Shown here: positions 11,001-23,000 of the stretch, piece after piece | Layout of the letters: each line of letters starts with the position of its first letter | Position numbering within the stretch: the stretch's first letter is position 1 | Assembly: GCA_030390025.1 (NCBI GenBank) | Contig: CM059431.1 | Coordinates: 144,400,001-144,464,000, forward strand | DNA from: Squalus acanthias | Lineage: Eukaryota | Direction of reading: 5' to 3' | DNA: 64,000 nucleotides | The notes under the pieces: model-generated | Told to the model about the DNA's origin: nothing | The model's database searches: none | What the model saw: only the letters and a program-made list of their open reading frames with translations | Position numbers and translations under genes: made by a program

Positions 11001-14000
11001 GCAGCTTCATCTATACCGGCCAGTGGAGAGTATTCCAGTACAGCCCTGACTTGTTCCTTGCAAGTGGTGGCGAAGTGTCTGTGGTGGAGTCCTGAGGTAA
11101 GCCACTCTCTACATAATAACCAGCTTATGACCTACTCCAGTAACCATGACATTTATGTGGCTCGTGCAGTTGAGTATCTGGCTAATGGTGACTCCCAGGT
11201 TATTGATGTTGGGCATTCGGCAATTTTAATGTCATCAATTGTCAAGGTGAAGTGGTTAGGCTCTCCCTTGCAGAAGATGATCATTGCCAGTGCATTACCA
11301 ATAATTTGTTATTGGGATGGGTGTGAAGTGGCAAGGCCGGCACTAGGATCCTAAATCCTTCGAGACAATTAAGAATGAGCAACACATACTGCCCTAACAG
11401 TGTCGGCACAACCCAAGAGCAAATAAAAACAAGGTCCATTAGTCGTCGTAAGGCTGTGTGTTCTGCTCCTTTTCCTAGACAGACAGACAGGCAGGCAGGC
11501 AGGGAGGCAGGTAGATTTTACATCAGATATATTATCTTAATATTTTATTCCTTTACGTTTCAGAAAGTCTTTGAATAAAACTGCTTTCATCAATGTTGAA
11601 ACTGTCCCATTCAATTTTTATATGACTGAAAAGCAGAATTATTGTCAATACTTTGATCATTTGTTTAGATGAAAGAAAATCGAAAGACTATGGTCGCAAA
11701 GAACAGCTGCGATATCCTTCTGTGAGTATTGAAACATCCCGATACAAAGCGGGAGCTGTTGTTGCTCTGCGAGCATTTACTGAGAAATGTCTTTGGTCAT
11801 CAGCCTGTCTCCCTTTTTTCACAATCAATTGAGACAATGGCAGAAAGTCAACACAAAATTGCTGTCATAAACATCCAATATATCATCCAATTTTAATTTT
11901 TCTGTAAGATGTGTGTGGGGACCCAATCTCTGGAGTTAATTCCCTAAACCCTTCTGTCACTCTAACCTATAAGCTGCTCCTTAACATCCACATCTATGAC
12001 AAAGCTCTCGGTCACCCCCTAATAATAACCCCTTCTTTTACTTGATGTCCATTTCTTTTCATTACGCCTCTGTGAAAAAAATGTTGTCAAATTATTCTAC
12101 ACTAAAGCCGTTATTTAATTGCAAGTTGTGGCTGTCCGTACTCAGCGTATTTAATATTACTCAAACCATTGTATAGTTGAGTCCATTCCTATTGAAACTT
12201 TATGAATCCATTATAGATTTAAGTGCCCATTCCTATATAAATGCTATTAATCCATTGTAGATTTATGTATAGATTACTAGATAAATTTTATAAAGCCATT
12301 GTAGATTTTTGTGTCCATTGTGTCCATAATTTTAAGCTAAGTGCTCATTCATATCAAGTGCTATCAATTCGTCTTGGATTTACGTGTCCATTGCTTTATA
12401 ATTGTAATTTAAGTGCCCAAACCTACATAAATGCGATCAATACAGTGTAGATGTATGTGTCCATAACTGTAATCTAAGTGCCTATTGCTATTACATAGGA
12501 TTACATAGAATATACAGCACAGAAACAGGCCATTCGACTCAATCCGTCTATGCCAGTGTTTATGCTTCACTCGAGCATCCTCCCGTCTTTCCTCATCTAA
12601 CCCTATCAGCTTAACCGTTTCTTCCATTCTCCCTCCTATGATTATCTAACTGCCCCTTAAACGCATCTATACTATTCGCTTCAACAACTCCATGTGGTAG
12701 CGCGTTCCACATTCTCACCACTCTCTGGGTCATGAAGTTTCTTCCGAATTCCCTATTTGATTTCTTGGTTATTATCTTATATTGATTGCCTGTAGTTTTG
12801 CTCTTCCGCAGAAGTGAAACACTCTCTCTGTGTCTTTTCTATCAAAACGTTTGCATGATTTTATAGACCTCTATTAGGCCACCCCTCAGCGTTCTCTTTT
12901 CAAGAGGTGTACCCTCGCGTTTCTGGTAAAATCCTTGTAAATCTTCTCTGCACCCTCTCCAGTGCCTCTATATCCTTTTTTATAATATGTCGACCAGAAT
13001 TGCAGACAGTACTTTAAGTGTGGTCTAACCAAGGTTCGATACAGGTTTAACATATCTTCACTACCTTTCAATTCTATCCCTCTAGAAATGAACTATACTG
13101 CTTGCTTTGCATTTTATGGCCTGTTAACCTGTGTCGATTTGTGTATTTGTACTCCTTTAAACCTGTGCTCCTCCACCCCATTTAGATTCTTATTTTCCAA
13201 GCAATATGTGACCTCGCTATTTTTCTTACCAAACTGTACTAACTCACATTTATCTGTGTTGAACTTCATTTGCCAATTATATGCCCATTCTGCAAGTTTA
13301 TTAATGACCTCCTGTAATTTGTTGCAGTCCCCCTCAGTATTTACTAACCCCCCAATTCGGCGTCGTCCAACAATTATAAATTGTATTTTTGTTTCCAAAG
13401 TCGAAATCGTTAATACAAATTGGGAAGAATAGTGGTCCCAGCACTGATCCTTTTGGAACACCATTTCCCAGCTTCAGCCACAATGAATAGCTACCCTTTA
13501 CCCCTACTCTCTGCTTTCTGTCTTCTTGCCAGCTATCTATCCATTCTGCTACTTTTCTCCTGACTCCGCATTTGCTGACCTTATTCATTATTCTATTATG
13601 TGTAACTTATCGAATGCCTTTTGAAAATCTAGGTAAATTACATCTACTACATTACCCCAGTCTACTCTCTCTGTTACCCATCAAAAATTCAAGTAGGTTG
13701 TTCAAGCAAGCCTTTCACTTTTGAAATCAATGCTGACTATTATTATATTTTTATTTTCTAGATGTTCTTCTATTTTCTCCTTTCGTAGGGATTCCATTAT
13801 TTTTCCTTTCACCGATGTTAAGCTGATTGGCTTATAGTTCCCTGGACATGTTCTAACCCCCCTTCCTAAATATAGGTATTACGTTAACTATCCGCTAGTC
13901 ATCTGGCACTACCGCTTTTTCTAACAAATTAATAAATATGTGTAGTAATGCGTCTACTATTTACTCCACAGATTCTTTTCAAATGTGCGAATGTAATCTG

Positions 14001-17000
14001 TCCAGACCAGGGGTTTTATACTCTTTAAGTTTCATGAATTTATTTAGTATATCTCCTCGTTTTATTTAAAATGCAATTAACTCATTACTAATCTCATCAT
14101 CGGATGTCATCTCCAGCTGTTCCATCTCCCTGGTAAATACTGAAGCAAAGTAATGATTTAAAATTTCTACCATCCCTCTATTGCTGCCTATGGTATTATC
14201 CTTTCCATCCCTAGTGGCACTACTCCCATCACGACCTTCCTCTTTTTATTCATGTGCCTGTAAAATATTTTCCTATTTTGTTTTATGTTCCTTGATAATT
14301 TAATGTCATAGTTCCTCATTGCCTTCCTAATTGTGTTTTTTTACTTCTCTCCTAATCCTGTCATATTCTCCCTGATCATGCTCTCCCCTGCTGTCCATGT
14401 ACTAAATGTATGCCTCGTTCCTTACCCTCAAATGTTCCCTTATGGTTTTATTCATCCACGGTGTCTCATTAGTGTTTAGCTTATTCGTGTTTATTAGCAG
14501 AATACATTTTTCCTGGTCTCTGTTAAACACCATTTTAAATGTTTCCCATTGCTGTGCTGCATCATTTTTTGTCAATAGTGTTGTACATTTTATTTTCCCC
14601 AGTTCTATTCTCAGCCCCTCAAAATCAGCTTTTCTGAAATCTATTACCCAAGTGTTTGTCATACCATGTCCTTCTCAATTATCATCTTAAAGCTATTTAT
14701 ATTTTGGTCACGAATGCCTAGATACCCCTACTTTTACTTTTCTTAACTGCTCTGGTTCATTCCCCTTTTACTTGATCCAATAGCCAATACTCCCTTGTTG
14801 TGCTTTTTACATATTGGGTTAGAAAGGAGTCCTGTACATCGTAGGAACTCCATTCCCTTATATTCTTCACCCCTTTTTTATCAATACATTGTAGATTTAA
14901 GTGCCCATTCACTATGTTTTGGAAAGCCAGTTTCTTTGCTGCAGCCCATTCATGAAGTGATCGTCTGCCATTTGTCTTTTTTTGGAGAAAGTACAATTTA
15001 TTTTAATCCACCGTGCATTTTCCGTCCCCAATGGCACTCTACCACAACAGTTTCTCCCCGCCAGTGACTCCCCACCACAGCGAGTAAATGGCCAAGTCCG
15101 GCTGCCCGACGCTTCGTGTGACCACTGGGAGTTTGCTAATCCATCTCAACTTCATTGTTGATTCTCCTGTTTAGTTTTGTTTCTGACCCTCAGCTTTTGC
15201 AAATTGTTCTTGGTGTGGTGATCATCATCTTGGCCACGACCTCGGTAATTGTGACGCCCCATCGACGGTTTTTACCTTTACGGATTCCATGGTGGTCTGG
15301 GGTTCTGGTAAGACTCTGCATTCAGGAATAGAATTATCTGCGTTTGGTTTCTCTATAGTGATGATGGACAGACTGCTCCACATGGCCTTTAAAGTCCTGT
15401 ATCAGTAAGATCATCGGACGATGTAATCAAAACTACCATCAAATATCACGAGTTTCACAGGAGTTTACCTGTGGCCGCTGGGCAACCCAACATTTTACAT
15501 AAACACGGGAGGTTACTAATCCACTTTATCTACAGCGAGAGAGAGAGACAGAGTGGGGCAGTGGGATTAATTTGGGATTGATGCAGGTCCATGTGGAGAG
15601 GTGGGACAGTGGGATCAGTTTTGGATTGATAAAGGTCTATAGGGAGAGCGCGGGGAAGTGGGATCGGTTTGGAATTGATAAAGGGCTATCTGGAGAGCGG
15701 GGCAATGGGATCAGTTTGCCACTGATACAGGACTCTGGGGAGAGAGTGCGGCAGTTGCATTAGTTTCGGATTGATGCAGGGCTATGTGAGAGATCGGCGC
15801 AATGGCAGTAGATTGGAATTGATACAGGACCATGGGAGACAGCGGGGCAGTGTATTTAGTTTGAGTTTGATACAGGAATATGGGAGAGAGCGGGACAGTG
15901 GGTTTAGTTTGGGATTATTACAAGGCAATGGTAGGGCGGCACAATGCGTTTAACTTGGAATTAATGCCGAGCTATGGGAGAGAGTGGGGCAGTGCGTTTA
16001 ATTTGGGATTGATACAGGACTATGGAAGACAGCAGGGCAGTGTGTTTAGATTGGGATTGATACACGTCTCTGGGCGAGAGCGGGGATGTTAGATTATTTG
16101 GGGATTGATACTGAGCTATGAGAGAAAGCAGTGCAGTGGGATTAGGTTGGGTTTGATGCAGGGCTATGAGAGAGGCGAGCGGTGGGATTCGGTTGAAATT
16201 GATACAGGACTATGGGAGAGAGTGGAACAGTGGAGTAAGTTTGAAATTGATACAGGGCTATGGGAGTGAGAAGAGCACTGGCATTCGTTTGGGATTGATA
16301 CAAAACTATGGTGAGGGAGCAGGGCAGTGGGATTATTTTGAGACTGATACAGGGCTATGGGGAGAGAGTGGGTTAGTGGGTTTAGTTTAGGATTGATATA
16401 AGGCTATGGGGGAGCGGTACAGTGGGATTATTTGGGGATTGATACTGGGTTATGGGAGAGAGCGGAGAACTGGGATTAATTTGTGACTGATACAGGACCA
16501 TGGGAGAGAGTGGAGCAGTGGGTTTAGTTTGGGATTAATACAGGTGTATGCGCGAGAGTGGGGAAGTGGGATTATTTTGGGATTGATGCTGGGCTATGAG
16601 AGAGGCGAACAGTGGGATTAGTTTGAATTTGATACAGAACTATGGAACAGAGTGGAGCGTTGGAATACGTTTGGGATTGACACAGGGCTGTGGGAGTGAG
16701 AGGAGCAGTGGAATTAGTTTGGGATTGATACAGGACTATGGGAGAGAGCGTTACAGCGAGATTATTTTGGAATTGAATCAGGACTATGGGAGAGGGCGGG
16801 GCTGTGGGTTTACTTTGAAATTGATACAGGACTATGTGGGATAGTGGGTCAGTTTGATTAATTTGGGATTAAAACAAGATTATGGGAGAGGGCGGGGCAG
16901 TGGGTTTAGTTTGAGATTGATACAGGATTATGGAAGAGGGCGGGGCAGTGGGATTAGTTTGGGATTGATACGGGACCATGGGAGAGAGCGGAGGAGTGGA

Positions 17001-20000
17001 TTTAGTTTAGGATTGATACAAGATTATGGGAGAGAGCGGGACAGTGGGATTAGTTTGGGATTGATACAGGACTATGGGAGAGAGCGTGGCAGTGGGTTTA
17101 GATTGGGATTGATACAGTATTATGGGAGAGAGCGGGGCAGTGGGATTAGTTTGGGATTGATACAGCGCTATGGGAGAGAGTGGGGCTGGTGATTTAATGT
17201 GGGATTGATTCAGGGCTATGTGCGTGAGAGGAGCAGTGGGATTATATTGGGAATGATACAAGGTTACGTGGAGAGCGGCACAATGGGATTATTTGGGATG
17301 GTTCTGGTAAGGAACTGCCAGAGGCACCAGAGGCCGAATGGCCTCCTTCTGTGCTACTACCCTCTGTAGTTCTGTGCTGAACTAGAATGTTCTGCTGAGG
17401 TGGAATCTCGACCTTTGCTCTCCATCCAGCGCCGGATGCAGGAGAGATCGAGGCTGAATTTGGAAACTCTAAATGAGAAGAGGTTTTCTTCCTCAGAAGT
17501 GCTAAATCTCAACCCGAACAGCACAAAATATTGCAAAATAAACTCCACAACTACATCAATTTATATAATTTAAATCAGACCACCTTTTAAGCGGATACAC
17601 AGGGGATCAAGGCAGTATTTTCTCAAATGTGTTTGTTTTCCTTTGTTGCAGTTTTCTGTTGTAGGAATGATGCCTTTATTGCCTCTCAAGAAGACTGAAA
17701 GATACAAGGTACACCTTATCCATGATATTCGGCTGCTTAAAATGATTTTCTATAGAAATAGCGCAAATTGGAGTTTAATATCTCCTTTAGTCGTCATTTC
17801 AGGATTATGTAATTTTCGATATTAGTTTTGAATGTGGAAAATATCCTTCTCCTGCTCTCTTCATCTCCAGCATATCTGGAAAGCTTCACCTTTGCGTCAA
17901 TGCATCACGTGAGAGCTTCCCGCTCGCCAGAGGATTGGGTGCAGGCTGGCCTGTCATACCGCGGAAGCTGCTCAGCTGCCCATCCCCATTGTGTGTTTCT
18001 CCGACCAGTTCAATCGGTGCAATCTCACGATCAGCGCCGTCAGTCCACGGACAGCAACATAGGACTGGGCGACCAAGGACACGCATTAAGTTTACAGTTC
18101 AGCGACGACTCCCACTGATGTCCCGAGACTGATCTTTGTTACTTCAGCCTTCCGAATATTAGCGCGTGTCATTCTGATTGCTTGCTCCTTTCAGATGGGT
18201 GTTGAATTTATTTTTTTCATTCTCGCGATGTAGGTCGCTGACAAGGCCGTTATATAATGGCTAGTTGCCCTGGAGAAGGTGCTGGTGGGCCTTCTTGTAG
18301 TGGTTATGATGGTCTGAGATAGGTTTACAATGTATGTATGTGAACGCACGAATTATAGTAAACAAGGTTAGTGAGCTGCAGGCGAAAATAGCCACATGGG
18401 AATATGATGTCGAAGCAAGAAAAAAGGGCAGGATTGAATATTAAATATTCCTGGATATTAGGTGTTCAGGAAAGAGAGTGAAGGAAAGATAGGAGGTGGT
18501 GTGGCGGTATTGGTTGAGGAAAATGTCACTGTGCAGGAGAGCGAGGATGTCCTGGAGGGGTCAAGGACACAATCTATATGGCTAAAGTTAAGAAATAATA
18601 GAGTTGCCATTACACTACCAGCTGTACTTTATAGACCACCAAATATTGGGGAAAGTATGGAGGAGCAAATTTGCAGAGAAATTACAAAGAGATGCAAAAA
18701 CTATAGAGTAGTGATAATGGGGGACTTCAACTATCCTATTATGGACTGGTATAGTAATAGTATAAAGGGGAGAGAGGGGGAATAATTACTGAAATGTGTT
18801 CAGGAGAAATTTCTTGATCAGTATTTTTCCGGCCCAACAAGGAAGGGGGCATTGCTGGATTTGATTCCAGGGAATGAGGTGGGTCAAGTGGAGCAAGTGT
18901 CCGTCGTGGAACATTTAAGGAAAAGTGATCATAGTATCATAAGGATTAGATTAGCTATGGAAGAGGACATAAAGCAATCGAGAGTAAAAACACTTAATTG
19001 GAGGAAGGCCAATGTCAGTGGGATGAGAACGGATCTGGCCCGGGTAAATTGGAATCAAAGATTGGCTGGCAAAACTGTAATGGAAAATGGGCTGCCTTTA
19101 ACGAGGAAATAATACAGGTACAGTCGAGGTACATTCCCACTAGTGGAAAAGGTATGCAAATAAAGACAGCGCTCCCTGGATGACGAGAGGGATACAGAGT
19201 AAGATGAAGCAGAAACAGAGCGCGTATGACAGATGTCATAAGAACATAAGAAGATAAGAAATAGGAGCAGGAGTAGGCCAATCGGCCCCTCGAGCCTGCT
19301 CCGCCATTCAATAAGATCATGGCTGATCTGATCCTAAGCGCCAATCTACTATCTACTATTCTAGAACCATCTCCTGCATCTAACAGAATTGCACACACGA
19401 AATAGGAGCAGAATCAGGCTACACGGTCCCTGGGCCCGCTCCATTACCCACAGGGCCATGACCGATCCGAACCTAGACTCATGTCCAAATTCCTGCCCGC
19501 TCCCCGTAACCCTTAATGCCCTTTACTTCTAGGAAACTGTCTATTTCTGTTTTAAATTTATTTAATGATGTAGCTTCTACAGCTTTTTGTGGCAGCATAT
19601 TCCATGGACCTACCACCCTCTGAGTGAAGTTGTTCCTCCTCATCTCAGTTTTGAAAGAGCAGCCTCTTATTCTAAGACTATGTCCCCTAGTTCTAGTCTC
19701 ACCCGTCATCGGGAACATCCTCCCCGCATCCACCCGATCCAACCCCTTCACAATCTTATATGTTTCAATAAGATCGCCTCTCATTCTTCTGAACTCCAAT
19801 GAGTAGAGCCCCAATCTACCCAACCTCTCCTCATATGACCACCCCCTCATCCCCGGGATTAACCGAGTGAACCTTTTTTGCACTGCCTCGAGAGCAAGGA
19901 TGTCTTTACTTAAGTAAAGACACCAAAACTGTATGCAGTATTCCAGGTGCGGTCTCACCAATACCTTGTACAACTGAAGCAATACCTCCCTATTTTTATA

Positions 20001-23000
20001 TTCTATCCCCCTAGCAATGAAAGTCAACATTCCATTTGCCTTCTTAATCACTTGCTGCACCTGCATACTAAACTTTTGAGTTTCGTGCACCAGGACCCCC
20101 AGATCCCTTTGCACTTCAGTACTCTCCAGTTTCTTGCCATTAAGATAATAAATTGCTCTAGGATTTTTCCTGCCAAAGTGCATCACCTCACACTTTCCAG
20201 TGTTGTATTCCATCTGCCAAATCTCTGCCCACTTACTTAGCCTGTCTATGTCCCCTTGCAGGTTTTTTATGTCCTCCTCACTCACTACTTTCCCTCCCAT
20301 CTTAGTACCATCTGCAAATTTTGATATGTTACATTTGGTCCCTTCCTCCAAATCGTTAATATAGATTGTAAAGAGTTGGGGACCCAGCACTGACCCCTGT
20401 GGAACACCACTAGTTACTGATTGCCAGTCTGAGAATGAACCATTTATCCCAACTCTTTGCTTTCTGTTAGATAGCCAATCCTCTATCCATGCCAGAATAT
20501 TACCCTCAATCCTGTGATTTTCTACCTAAAGCAATAATCTTTTGTGTGGCACCTTGTCAAATGCCTTTTGGAAGTCTAAATACACTACGTCCACTGGTTC
20601 CCCTTTATCCACTCTATATTAGAGCTACGCCGTTCAGAGGGTGATGTCAGGAATCACTATTTCACAGAAAGTGTAGTGGAAATCTCGATGTCGCTCCCAA
20701 AAGGCTGTGGATGCTGGGGGTCAATTGGAGCTTTCAAGCCTGAGATGGATTGATTTTTGTTATGTAAGGATTGGGAGCTAAAGCCGGAAATTGGACTTGA
20801 GGTACAGATCAGCCACAACCTGAATTAATGGCGCAACAGTCTAGAGGGACTGTGTGGCCTCCGCCTGCTGCAATGCTTTAGCATTAGGAATCTAGATACT
20901 GAAATCCCATACAGCTATTTAAAGGGTTTGTTATCACCGTCTCAGATACATTTCTGGCGTTGATCCATTCCATCTCCAGTTCTTGTCTCACACCCAAACT
21001 ACATATGGGAATAAAATGTATCAATTCAGGTCAGCACTGTAGCCATGTAATCTTGTCTATCGCTCTTCAAAACCTCACTGGGCTGTGAAGTACTTGGTGT
21101 GCTAGCTCATTACTATAAAGGTTAATGAACGATAGTTACTCACAAACGCTATTTTCTTATGATACTTGTGTTAATCGACGTGAGAGATACTGCTGGGGAT
21201 TGGAACACCTGGAATTTTAGAGATCGAGCTTCTGAATGCAAGCACTCACAGTCAGATAGACCACAGCTGGATAAAGGTGAAGCCTGTCTCTTAATCTGTC
21301 ACCACAATGTGTCTCATTACCAACCTCAGTGGGTCGTTTGATCAATTTGTTCCCCTATCGCTCTACTGCAGCTGACAGGAAATGGATTCGTACAGCACAG
21401 AATGAGGTCATTCGGCCCATTGGGCCTGTACTGGTTCTTTTTAACGATCTATCCAATTAGTCCCACTACCTCTTCCCTTTCCACATAGCCCTGGTAAGTT
21501 TTCCCCTCCAACTATTTATCTCATTCTCTTTTGAAAGTTATTATTCAATCTACTTCTACTACCCTGAGAGGCAGAGCTTTCCAGATCGTAACAACACGTT
21601 GTGTAAAACCGTTCTCCTCCTGTCGCCTCTGGTTCTTTTGTCAATGATCTTATATCTGTGACCTGTGGTTACCGATCCACCTGCAACTGGAATTAGTTTT
21701 TTTTCCCGAGCGACACCAACAAAACGCCTCATAAATGTTAACACTTATATTAAATCTCCCCTTAAACTTCTCTGCTCTAAGGAGAATAATCCCAGCTTCT
21801 CTAGTCTCTCCACATAACTGAAGTCTCTCATCCCTGATATCATTCTGGTAAACCTCCTCTGTACCCTCTCTAAGGCCTTGACCTCTTTCCTAAAGTGTGG
21901 TGGCCAGAATTGGACGCAATACTCCAGCAGATACATTACAATTAGCATAGAATCAAAGACACCAATTTGGGGCGGGGCGATGTGGGCGTCGCAGTTAATA
22001 GTGAGGAAGACTGTGAGACACTACAATAAAATATCAATAAACTTGCTTAATGGGAAAATGAATTTCGATATAGATAAGTGTGAGGTGGTGTATTTTGATG
22101 GGAAGAAAAAGGAGGCCTCACACTCCTTGGATAATAAGAGCCTTATAGGTGTAAAGACAAGTGGTGAAAGGATATGGGATACCAAAAGACAACTCACTAA
22201 TGTAAAGACGCAGGTCAACACGTCCTTCAAATTCAAACAAAGCGAGGCCTTCATTTCTAGATTTGAAAGGCAGTGAAGTCATTTAAAATTATTGAACTTT
22301 GGTTAGAACCCACGTTGTGTACTGTCCACAGTTCTGGTCACCGTATTTTTAAAAAAGGTTATAAATGCATGGAGAAGGCGCAAAAAAGATTAACAAGGAT
22401 GATACTAGAACTCAAAGGTTATAATTTTCAGGAAAGACTGAATAAGCTGGGGCTCTTTACTCTAGAAAAGAAAAAGCTGAGAGTTGCCTAACAAAGGTTT
22501 TTAAAGTTATGAAGGGTTTTGAGAGGGTAGATATGGAGAAAATGTTTTCACTTGTCGGAGAGACCAAAACCAGGGGCCAAAAATATAGAAATATTACTAA
22601 TCAATCAGTAGGGAATTTAGGAGAAACTTCTTAACTCAGAGAGTGGTTGGAATGTGAAAAACACTAGCACATGGATTGGTTGAGGCCAATAACATAATTA
22701 TTTAAGGGGAAGCTAGATAAGCACTTCAGGGAGAGAGAGACAGAAGGATATGCTGATAGTCTTAGATGAAGAGGGATGGAAGGAGGATCGTTTGTTGCAT
22801 AAACATCGGCATGGGTCAGTTAGTCCAAATGGACTGTTTCTCTGCTGTACATTCCATGTAATTTTGTGTAAAGAAACAGGAGTAGGCAATTCAAACCCAG
22901 CAGCCTGTTCCAAGATTCAGTTAGATCATGGCTGATCTGTACCTTAACACAATCACTTGCTATCACTACGGGCTGAATTTGACCTCAATTGTCAGAGATA

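Noticed and set aside
15572..17261. [16 protein letters not shown] repeat protein
   Set aside because: Translation of the 48-bp minisatellite, with frequent frameshifts and stops.
19479..20390. Host gene encoding a 303-aa reverse transcriptase
   Set aside because: 5'-truncated CR1 ORF2 with a LINE tail, not a cellular gene.
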